Of a stretch of DNA of 64,000 nucleotides, positions 47,331-55,420 are shown piece by piece. Every line of letters starts with the position of its first letter. The first letter of the stretch is position 1. Under the pieces are notes generated by a model. It saw nothing but the letters and a program-made list of their open reading frames with translations. It ran no database searches and was not told where the DNA came from. The stretch lies in the IMG/VR virus record IMGVR_UViG_3300021964_000012, positions 264,293-328,292 of that record; one strand, written 5' to 3'. Both the position numbers and the translations under genes were made by a program.

Positions 47331-47545
47331 CGTCCACGTCTGAAGAGATTGAAAAAATCATTGACGACATGGACAAAGAAGTTAAGAGCCTTAAAGAAAG
47401 CATGCTTAGAAGCGTTTGGTACATGCGAGGTGGTGTTACATACACCGAAATCGTAAACATGAGCTACGATGAACGAGTATCAATCAACAAAATCATCGAA
47501 GACAACTTAGAAACTGCAAAGAAAACTGGAAGAGATTTTTGGTAA
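47313..47545 (+). CDS. gp51: gp51-like baseplate assembly ORF (possibly a -1 frameshift extension of gp26)
   Basis: WYMRGGVTYTEIVNMSYDER motif; -1 frame relative to gp26; no clear SD at internal ATGs; start uncertain. Confidence 0.6.
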
Positions 47546-48048
47546 TCGATCAAGTGAAGGCTGATATTGAAGATTGGTTGATCAACTTTGTAGAAGTTCC
47601 TCATCCAGCACTAGGAAACTGGCCACCATGTCCGTTTGCTAGGCAGTCAAGACTGAGAAACAAGTACGATGTAAGACCAGGCGCAGATGTTGAACGTGAT
47701 TTATTTTTGTTTGCTAAGAAACAGTACCTGGGTAAAAACGATGTTGTGATATTTGCCTACGCTCCTGACCAGTATGATGATGCCTACTTCAACTGGGCAG
47801 TAGACACTATGAACATGAGCAAAGGTTTTAAAAAACGCAACCTACTAGCACTAGCAGATCATCCTGACACAGTCGAAACACACAACGGTGTCTGTTTCAA
47901 CATGGGTAAATATGCACTAGTATTACTACAAGACAAAACTAAACTAAACGAACATGCACGTATGTTAGCACACAGAGGCTACTATGATGGATGGGACGAA
48001 GAATACCTGCAAGAGGTATTTGCACATAGACGAGATCCAAGAAAATGA
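47539..48048 (+). CDS. Hypothetical protein (DUF1415/DUF6875-like CPFA motif)
   Basis: WL..FVEVPHPALG..PPCPFA, DHPD; TTG start. Confidence 0.55.
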   Translation: MVIDQVKADIEDWLINFVEVPHPALGNWPPCPFARQSRLRNKYDVRPGADVERDLFLFAKKQYLGKNDVVIFAYAPDQYDDAYFNWAVDTMNMSKGFKKRNLLALADHPDTVETHNGVCFNMGKYALVLLQDKTKLNEHARMLAHRGYYDGWDEEYLQEVFAHRRDPRK

Positions 48049-48476
48049 TATACGCAAGAATTGACCTCAGTCAAACCAATTACACAATTATGGATAACTG
48101 CAAAAAACTTTCATGCCCATTTCCAAAACCACTTGAAGCAATTTACGATGCTTACTGCAAGCACAAAAAATTTAAAAGTGTTATGCCTATATTTCCAGAA
48201 GAATATTATGACGACAAAAACGAAGTCTATGGTTACTACAACAAAGATGAAAAACTGGTTGCATTCAGTCTACTTAGATGTTATAATAACAAGAACGTTG
48301 AAGCTGTACAGTTTGCTTGGGACTATAAGAACCCAGGATTGCGTTTAGGCATACGCAGTTTAAAAAACGAGTGTGCAATATATAAAAAACGTGGTTTTGA
48401 ATATTTGTATCTCGGCCAAGCAGATGATTATAAAGCAAAAATTGACGGCTTTGAAATACTTGGAGGCAGAATATAA
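48045..48476 (+). CDS. Aminoacyl-tRNA--protein transferase (ATE/Bpt C-terminal)-like GNAT protein
   Basis: KLVAFS...EAVQFAWD...LRLG..SL..E......GFEYLYLG...YK pattern aligns by eye with ATE_C. Confidence 0.65.
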   Translation: MIYARIDLSQTNYTIMDNCKKLSCPFPKPLEAIYDAYCKHKKFKSVMPIFPEEYYDDKNEVYGYYNKDEKLVAFSLLRCYNNKNVEAVQFAWDYKNPGLRLGIRSLKNECAIYKKRGFEYLYLGQADDYKAKIDGFEILGGRI

Positions 48477-48793
48477 TGAACGTTTACACCATTTACGCCG
48501 ATGTAAAAGAAGGTATAGATGCACGAACATTTGTAGCAAACATGAAGCTTTTTCTCGATAAATTGCCCACCATGCATGCCTACAGAATCACAAGAATGAA
48601 ACTAGGATTCCGTTCAATGGATTTGCCAGAGTTTAGAATTGACATGGAATTTGAAAGCATGCAGGCACTTGACGATGCTATGAGTCACGTGGTAGCAAAC
48701 GTTGATGATATTGAAACAGAACATGTAGGTTTCAATCAATGGGTTGATGTAGAAACCATACAACATTTTCTCTATAGAGACTATCCAGACTAA
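48476..48793 (+). CDS. Dimeric alpha-beta barrel-like protein (DUF6614-like)
   Basis: YRITRMKLGF...PEFRIDMEF.SMQALDDA. Confidence 0.6.
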   Translation: MNVYTIYADVKEGIDARTFVANMKLFLDKLPTMHAYRITRMKLGFRSMDLPEFRIDMEFESMQALDDAMSHVVANVDDIETEHVGFNQWVDVETIQHFLYRDYPD

Positions 48794-49389
48794 CACCATC
48801 CATTTATGTAATCTTCCAGCATGATTTGCTTGATACGCAGTTGTTGTAAATTGGTTGGGGCCGCACGCATACGGTTATCTTTGCGATGATGTGTAGTACC
48901 TGCTGGTACGCCTAGCTGTTCTGCTATTTTGTGAACTTCTTTATAGTTATAGATATGTGTATACACAGATTGATCAGGACCTAGTCGAGCAGTGTTAGTT
49001 TCGCAATGATCAGCAACGTTTGGATTTTGTTTATAAACATCAAAATCCTTAATAAAGTTGTTTAGACTAGGTGATTTAATCCATAGATTTTGATTAGCAC
49101 TATTGGTCATGGTATGATAGAAACCACTTACAAACTTTTCTATTGGATCACGCCACAGTGCAATGCGTATGTCAGCTGACATCAGCTCATGTTCAAACTC
49201 TTCAAAATACCTAGACTTATTGTATACACCAGGACACTCGTTTTCAAAACTTCTAAAATGTTGAATTTCGTTTGGATCAGCATTCCATATTGCTTGTGCA
49301 ACATAACTCAACATGGTCGTAGTGCTACATTTATGATTACGCACTATTGCTATCGTTTTGGTATAATGATCAAATTTAATTAAGCCCAT
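48790..49389 (-). CDS. Sulfotransferase family protein
   Basis: 5'-PSB-like HKCSTTT and 3'-PB-like RDPIEKFVSGF; terminal ED(Y) motif. Confidence 0.75.
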   Translation of the reverse strand: MGLIKFDHYTKTIAIVRNHKCSTTTMLSYVAQAIWNADPNEIQHFRSFENECPGVYNKSRYFEEFEHELMSADIRIALWRDPIEKFVSGFYHTMTNSANQNLWIKSPSLNNFIKDFDVYKQNPNVADHCETNTARLGPDQSVYTHIYNYKEVHKIAEQLGVPAGTTHHRKDNRMRAAPTNLQQLRIKQIMLEDYINGWC

Positions 49390-49403
49390 GTGCTTATTTA
49401 ATT

Positions 49404-49855
49404 AGATGTCTAAAGACATCTGTTGCTTCGTTAACACTCAGCAACACTTTTTAGAAGTCCTCATCTAGATAGTTTGGTCATACTTGCCCTACTAAGGGCA
49501 AGTCTAAAAAACCGGTTCTCATCTGAGTTATCCAGTCACTTGAATAAAGAGATTTGCGTATGCAACAGGGGCGGTTGTGCTGTACCCCTTACTCTAGCCT
49601 TGTCTCACAACGGACCGTTCTGTATACCCCTTCAAGCAAAGTATACCAACGTATGGGTTGTATCTGTTTCACAGAGCCCATGTCATTCTAGCCTTAAGTT
49701 AGCTATATCCTTTGACGCACCAGTTCTGTCGGCTACAACTTGTGTTGGCAGACCTCAAGGTGGATCGAGGTTCCTCGATCAAACGATGTCATATTAGCTT
49801 GGGAAATTTAAAAAGTTGCTCTGAGCATAGCTCTAGTAGTGCCTGTGTCATACTT
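49404..49855 (-). ncRNA. Candidate large structured non-coding RNA (family not identified)
   Basis: ~450-nt gap in an otherwise gene-dense genome, higher GC than flanking genes, at least 9 stems and 2 potential pseudoknots. Confidence 0.6.
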
Positions 49856-49857
49856 GT

Positions 49858-50679
49858 TTATGACGTGGTATTGAGTGCCTGTACAAAAATTGTTGTCAAG
49901 TGTTTGTTGGTTTTTATGCCTGGATGCTTGTTGTCTTTGTTGGTATCTATCTTGTTTGATTCCATTGAATTATAAAGATTTAGCCATTTATCTTCACGTA
50001 TTGTACCTGCTTTTTGATATTCGTCGTGCATTTTATTATATAATATTTTATAGTCTTCATCATTTCGTGTTTCTAAATCTAAAAGATCTTGTGTATACGG
50101 AGTAGTTTCTTTTGGAACCTCATACTCCACCTTTTTAAAAAAGTTCTTGTCCCAATTGCACAAGCCGTTTATAAAGCTAATGTTGGTATTAGTTAGTTCT
50201 GCTATACAAGTCAAAATGTTTATATATTCGATCAATTGAACCAACCTATAATGTTCGTGTTCTAATAATATAAATCTATCAAAACAATCTTGTACGTAAT
50301 CACCAGGATATGAAACATTGTTGTGCAAGTTTATCGATCGTTCTTTACCACCTGCACACGAACGTCTTGTTGTATCCCAAGTCTCTAATCCAGGTGACCA
50401 TTCATGTCTCATAGGCGACGTCCATTGTACAAATGCATGGCTATACCTGTTCTTTAACAATGCACTAGCAGTAGTTTGAAATATTCTTAGATTACTGTTG
50501 CCTCCGGTTGCAATGTTGTCTAAAGGTTGACCAAAAAATAATTGATTATGAAGCAAATTTACCCACAGATGATTGCTATGTTTACAGTCACCGAACCCGC
50601 GTTGTCCTTCTTCATTGATCCATTCATCACAGAAACCCACGCCAGCAGTAAAACTACAACCTGAATACAACACAGTCAT
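49858..50679 (-). CDS. SGNH/GDSL-like hydrolase-fold protein
   Basis: SGCSFTAG, NIATGGNSN, VQWT, DNKHPG. Confidence 0.6.
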   Translation of the reverse strand: MTVLYSGCSFTAGVGFCDEWINEEGQRGFGDCKHSNHLWVNLLHNQLFFGQPLDNIATGGNSNLRIFQTTASALLKNRYSHAFVQWTSPMRHEWSPGLETWDTTRRSCAGGKERSINLHNNVSYPGDYVQDCFDRFILLEHEHYRLVQLIEYINILTCIAELTNTNISFINGLCNWDKNFFKKVEYEVPKETTPYTQDLLDLETRNDEDYKILYNKMHDEYQKAGTIREDKWLNLYNSMESNKIDTNKDNKHPGIKTNKHLTTIFVQALNTTS

Positions 50680-51083
50680 CCTTTGAGTATTCCTTTCTGA
50701 TGAACACGTACTCTAATATGCCCGTTATACCAATCATTTGATTCTAACACCTTGTGTGTGAATTGTTCTCTGGCCTCAATGTAACTTAATTCACTTTTGT
50801 TTTTACACCAAAACATTATTTCTCGTTTGAACTTGTCTTTTCCTAATTTTTCTACATCTGCTGAAAGCTCATCACTGCTTCCATAGTATTCCTGCCAGTC
50901 ACTTTCAACAGTGTATCTGCGTTTGTTTGTTCTACCCTTAAGTGGCTTTTTACTACGTTTAAACTGTGTTAGTTTCTTGCCTATGTATTTCCTATCATTG
51001 GTTGTATTTGTTATTATATAAACAAAACCAATCATGCCTTCTGGTATGTCGAGAACTTCTTTGTCTTTATAAAACCAACTCAT
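50676..51083 (-). CDS. Stand-alone GIY-YIG endonuclease
   Basis: GFVYIITN...RKYIGKK, YYGSS, FKREI, E...F...VL...YN. Confidence 0.8.
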   Translation of the reverse strand: MSWFYKDKEVLDIPEGMIGFVYIITNTTNDRKYIGKKLTQFKRSKKPLKGRTNKRRYTVESDWQEYYGSSDELSADVEKLGKDKFKREIMFWCKNKSELSYIEAREQFTHKVLESNDWYNGHIRVRVHQKGILKG

Positions 51084-52837
51084 GCAATATCTATATCCGT
51101 GCTATAACTTGTAAAGCCGTTTTCCTTAACAACCTTCAACAGATTATTTACACGCCCTGCAAGTTCATCTTTATGAGATACCAACCAAATGCTTTTTGCT
51201 CTTTCTCTTGCCATCTTTTTCAGTAATGCAAGTGCAGCCTCAACACCTGATGTGTCCATACCTGAATCAATCATCTCATCAATGAACAGTAAGTTAATAG
51301 CTCCGTACAGGCTCTCCCATACATCACGGAATGCCCAACTCATGCTTATAATAAGTCTGTTGCGTTCACCTCTGCTCAAGTTATCAAAGTCTAAATCTCT
51401 ACCAAGTTCTTGTATTTCAACAGTCAAATCGTTTTGAAATATAACTGTGTGTGGCAATCCTATTCTATCCAAATAGTGTGTAAGCCTTGAATTCAAGTAG
51501 CTGAGATTCTGGTCAATTATACGTTTACGCACAAAACTATCTTTGTTGGTTAGCAGTTTTAGCAAAAAGTCTTGATGATCATGTAGTCTTGTTAGATCAT
51601 TTAGTTTGTCGTATGAAATTTCAGTGGCGGCAGTGGTTTGCATTTCTACTATTTGATCAACGTAAGGATCGGCTTCTGCACGTTTGCTTTGCAACTGTGT
51701 TTCAAGTGAGGATAGAGTTGATCGATGATTGTGTGCATCAGACACGCTATCATAAAAAACTCTTGGTCTCGCTGGTACTTCTTTCTTATCTGCCTTGAGT
51801 GCATCAATTCCTTCCTGTACTTCTCTAAGGAAATCACTTGCCCCATTGTATTCCTCCTGCGCCTTTGCTACATGTTGTTGGTGCGAGTCCATTTGTGTAA
51901 CACTTTGTCCGCAACTGCCACAAGTACCTGATTCCAAACTTTCTAATGCACGTTTAGTTCTGTTTACGTCTTTTTCTGCTCTAGTAACCTGTGCAGTTAG
52001 TGCGGCAATATCTTTTTGTAACTGTGTTTGTGTATTATTTAATTCAGTCCAAATTAGGAGGTCAGCATGAGCTGCTAATTCTGCATCAATATCTACGTGT
52101 GCAAGATCTTCGATAGCAGTTTCAAACTTTTTTACGTCTTCTGCTTTTTTGTTCATCCACAGTGTTTGTCTGCGTTTCAGTGCTTTGACTTGATCACCTA
52201 TTTTATCGTTTGCAGTTTGCAATGCCTTGATGGTCATTTCTTCTTGTTTAATATCATCACGTGTGCGTTTGCTAAGTTCTTTGATCTTGTCAGCACGTTC
52301 ACTGAGTTGTGTTATTCCTAGCAGTTGCTCGATTATCTCTCTTTGATCGTTTTGTTTTAGACTCAAAAACGGTTCAGTGTAGGTGTTTAGTGCCACAAGA
52401 TGTTTGAACATAGTGTGACTCATGCTCAACAGTTTTAGTATAGCACCTTGTGTTTCTCTACTATCACCTTGAGCATAGTCATCTGCTTCTTGTTCACTGT
52501 CATTGATGTAAAACTTTAGTACATTGGGCTTACGTCCACGTTCGATACGATAGCATTGTTCACCAACACAAAAGTCTAAACTAACCATCATGCCTTTTGA
52601 ATTGGTTTTGTTTATGAGATTGTCACGGCGTATGTTTGTAAGTGCTTCACCATAGAGTGCATAACTTAGTGCATTGATTATTGTGGTCTTGCCAGTTCCG
52701 TTACGTGAACCATCACCACCTAAGTCAATGTTTTCACCAAGTACCAGTGTAAGGTCTTGTCTATCAAAGTTAATTGCCTGTGTAGCATTACCCACACTCA
52801 TAAAGTTTTTAACTGTAAGGTCTTTAATTTGAATCAT
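51080..52837 (-). CDS. gp46: Recombination endonuclease ATPase subunit (Rad50/SbcC-like)
   Basis: KNFMSVGN, NGTGKTT, CxxC hook, LSRGE, LFIDE, SHK. Confidence 0.95.
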   Translation of the reverse strand: MIQIKDLTVKNFMSVGNATQAINFDRQDLTLVLGENIDLGGDGSRNGTGKTTIINALSYALYGEALTNIRRDNLINKTNSKGMMVSLDFCVGEQCYRIERGRKPNVLKFYINDSEQEADDYAQGDSRETQGAILKLLSMSHTMFKHLVALNTYTEPFLSLKQNDQREIIEQLLGITQLSERADKIKELSKRTRDDIKQEEMTIKALQTANDKIGDQVKALKRRQTLWMNKKAEDVKKFETAIEDLAHVDIDAELAAHADLLIWTELNNTQTQLQKDIAALTAQVTRAEKDVNRTKRALESLESGTCGSCGQSVTQMDSHQQHVAKAQEEYNGASDFLREVQEGIDALKADKKEVPARPRVFYDSVSDAHNHRSTLSSLETQLQSKRAEADPYVDQIVEMQTTAATEISYDKLNDLTRLHDHQDFLLKLLTNKDSFVRKRIIDQNLSYLNSRLTHYLDRIGLPHTVIFQNDLTVEIQELGRDLDFDNLSRGERNRLIISMSWAFRDVWESLYGAINLLFIDEMIDSGMDTSGVEAALALLKKMARERAKSIWLVSHKDELAGRVNNLLKVVKENGFTSYSTDIDIA

Positions 52838-52854
52838 GTTTTATTATACTATGT

Positions 52855-54399
52855 TTATGTCTTATTTGCAATTGAAAACAAAGCCTTAAACTGCGGAAAG
52901 ATCATGGAAAAAGATTCATTTCTGTGTTTATCGAGTGTCACAGTTCGTTTTGTAAATTCATTTAATTCGTATTGAGTATCTATTGAATTCATAAAGTTTC
53001 TAAGTTCAGCCCAATTTTGTGCTAATTCACATTGGCCTATGTAATCAATGTGATTGTTAATTTGTATGGTTAGATGTTTTTTGTGTACATCTGGTAAAGT
53101 AGTTACACATAGATAACGAGGATCAACGAGAGTAGTGATTCGCAATTGATCAGGTGTAAATAACTCAGTATCAATCCAGTGTGTTTGTAATTTGATTAGA
53201 TTGTCAAGTGTAGGCCAACTTACCGTAGAAGAAATATGTAGATCTACATGTGGTGTGTGACTTTTAATCGCATTGATGTTATCAATTATATCTTGCCATA
53301 CTGTTCCGTGACGCATGTATTCTGCTACTTGACCGCTTGCATCAATACTTGCCCCAACAGATATATTAGAAAACTGTTTCCAATAATCAAATATATTATT
53401 ATTCTTGTATGTCAGTTTACTCAAATTGGTATTGTACAAGAGTTTAATATCAAAATTTTTGACTTCAATCAATTGATCAAGTATACCATAGTGTTCTTCT
53501 GTTATTAAAGGTTCTCCTCCAGCAAAATATATCTTTTCAAGATCATTGGTAAGATAAGGTTTAAGTTTTTCCAAGTTTTTTTGTCTATCTTTCCGGGTGC
53601 TAGAATCGAGACTGATTTTTTCGTAACCAAGTACTGCATCTTTGCCAAATATTTCAACAGTTTCTTGTTGAATACTACTACTGAAGTATTCACTACACAT
53701 TCTGCACTTGAAGTTACAGATATTATTAAGTCTTACATCTAAAAATGTCACCTTTTGCCGACTAACAGAAATAGGTTTAAACTTCTGCCTCATACTTTGT
53801 AAATTGTTGTCTTCTTTTTTGTAACACTCACTACAACATTTTGTACGATAACCCTTAATCATCCATTGTCGTATGTTCTGTGCTTGACTTGAATCTAGTA
53901 TGTCCTCAATTGATTGTTCTTTAATATTTCCAAGAGGATACCTGTGATCAGCAATACAACACGGCAACACATTGCTATCTGTTCCAACATATAAATGATT
54001 CCATAGTTTTTTACATGCAGTATCTTTGTACGACGGAACTGTAACTTTATAGTTTCCTGGATAGACACAACTTGTAAACAATGTTGTATCAGAACTGTAT
54101 ACTGTGTTTACTTCTGCTATTTCAGTTTGTATCTTAGTATTTGGTGTAAGGATTAAAATAAAACAATTTCCAATATCAACTTGATTGACTATTTTTTGTA
54201 GTTCAATTAGTTTTGAACCACATGCATCAATAAAAGGATAATAATCAACACTCCGTTGTACTATTACAATTCTCTCGTTTAGTTTAAAAGTGTCTTTCCG
54301 TAATGCAAGTAACTGTTTCTTAAGTTGTTCTGAACCAGCATCAAATTCAACGGTACCAACTACCTCTATGTCTTTGTCAACATAAGATAACAGATCCAT
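52855..54399 (-). CDS. Radical SAM protein with twitch/SPASM-like Cys domain
   Basis: CNFKCRMC, FAGGEPL, NTN, ASIDA; upstream C...PCC...CxxC cluster. Confidence 0.9.
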   Translation of the reverse strand: MDLLSYVDKDIEVVGTVEFDAGSEQLKKQLLALRKDTFKLNERIVIVQRSVDYYPFIDACGSKLIELQKIVNQVDIGNCFILILTPNTKIQTEIAEVNTVYSSDTTLFTSCVYPGNYKVTVPSYKDTACKKLWNHLYVGTDSNVLPCCIADHRYPLGNIKEQSIEDILDSSQAQNIRQWMIKGYRTKCCSECYKKEDNNLQSMRQKFKPISVSRQKVTFLDVRLNNICNFKCRMCSEYFSSSIQQETVEIFGKDAVLGYEKISLDSSTRKDRQKNLEKLKPYLTNDLEKIYFAGGEPLITEEHYGILDQLIEVKNFDIKLLYNTNLSKLTYKNNNIFDYWKQFSNISVGASIDASGQVAEYMRHGTVWQDIIDNINAIKSHTPHVDLHISSTVSWPTLDNLIKLQTHWIDTELFTPDQLRITTLVDPRYLCVTTLPDVHKKHLTIQINNHIDYIGQCELAQNWAELRNFMNSIDTQYELNEFTKRTVTLDKHRNESFSMIFPQFKALFSIANKT

Positions 54400-55412
54400 T
54401 ATAAACTCCTGTAAATCTCCAGCAATAGTTTGTTGTCATAGAACTCTGAGTCAATGTTTATGATTTGTTCAGTAACAATCTGATCGACACTTTCAAATTT
54501 AATATCGCCTGGTTGCATTTCTTCTTCTAATGCACTGCGTTTGTTTGGTATAAGCGCCATTTCACGTAGGTTATATTTGGTTGCAAACTGTTCTTTGATA
54601 TAGTTTGCCTCTTCATAGGATATTTCTATATCCAAGTTCACTCTAACATGCATGTTTGGTTTTAGTATTGTGTCAGCATAATCGATTACCTGCGACAAGT
54701 CAAGCACTTTGTACAATGGTTGATCTGGCCAAGCAATGTATTCTGGCTCTTTGCCCCATTCAAGTATCATGCAACCACGCTGATCATCGCCTGCATCTGA
54801 GAAGTTGTGCGGAAATGCATTGCCAATATAGTTGATGTTGTTTTTCTGTTGACGCAAATGAAAGTGTCCACTGAACACAGTGCCATACTGTTGGAAGTGT
54901 TCTGATTTGATTTCTCCATGATCGGGCATCTCTACCATTGCATTCATTTTAAAGTGTGGAAGTTCAAAGTGTCCAAACATGTACTGAGCACTTGCAGTCT
55001 TAATCTGTTTGTGATCATCTCCGACTAGCCAAGGAACAAGTATTACATCATCCTGTTCAAACCAGTCGTTGCATATTTTTAGATTTGGTATGTGCTTGGC
55101 CCATTCAAAACTGTATATGTCACGTTTGTCTCGATAATACAAGTCGTGATTGCCAGTAATAAAGTAGGTGATGTCAAAACTACGTGAAAGATTTTCTAAA
55201 GCACGTAGACTGTGGCTCATGGTTTGTAAACTTAGGCTTGCTCTATGATGATGCCAGTCGCCCATGAAGATAGCAGTTTCACAGTTGTGTATCTTACCCT
55301 GTTGTACTGCCCACTCTACAAAGTTTTCACAGTCCTGGTTATGCATGATGCTATTGCTTTTCATGCCAAAGTGTATGTCTGTGAACACCAGAGCTTTCTT
55401 AAACAAACCCAT
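54399..55412 (-). CDS. gp47: Recombination endonuclease nuclease subunit (Mre11/SbcD-like)
   Basis: TDIHFG, GDWHH, GNHD, GHFE, SGHFH. Confidence 0.95.
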   Translation of the reverse strand: MGLFKKALVFTDIHFGMKSNSIMHNQDCENFVEWAVQQGKIHNCETAIFMGDWHHHRASLSLQTMSHSLRALENLSRSFDITYFITGNHDLYYRDKRDIYSFEWAKHIPNLKICNDWFEQDDVILVPWLVGDDHKQIKTASAQYMFGHFELPHFKMNAMVEMPDHGEIKSEHFQQYGTVFSGHFHLRQQKNNINYIGNAFPHNFSDAGDDQRGCMILEWGKEPEYIAWPDQPLYKVLDLSQVIDYADTILKPNMHVRVNLDIEISYEEANYIKEQFATKYNLREMALIPNKRSALEEEMQPGDIKFESVDQIVTEQIINIDSEFYDNKLLLEIYRSL

Positions 55413-55420
55413 GTGTATTC

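Noticed and set aside
49474-49797. 107-aa plus-strand ORF inside the structured gap
   Set aside because: TTG start without SD, composition unlike the real genes, no recognisable motif; the region is better explained as structured non-coding sequence
49404-49855. Group I/II intron, tmRNA or RNase P identity for the structured element
   Set aside because: Flanking genes are intact so no exon is interrupted; I could not find group I P7 consensus, group II domain V, tRNA-like ends or RNase P P4 motifs by eye; a covariance search is still needed
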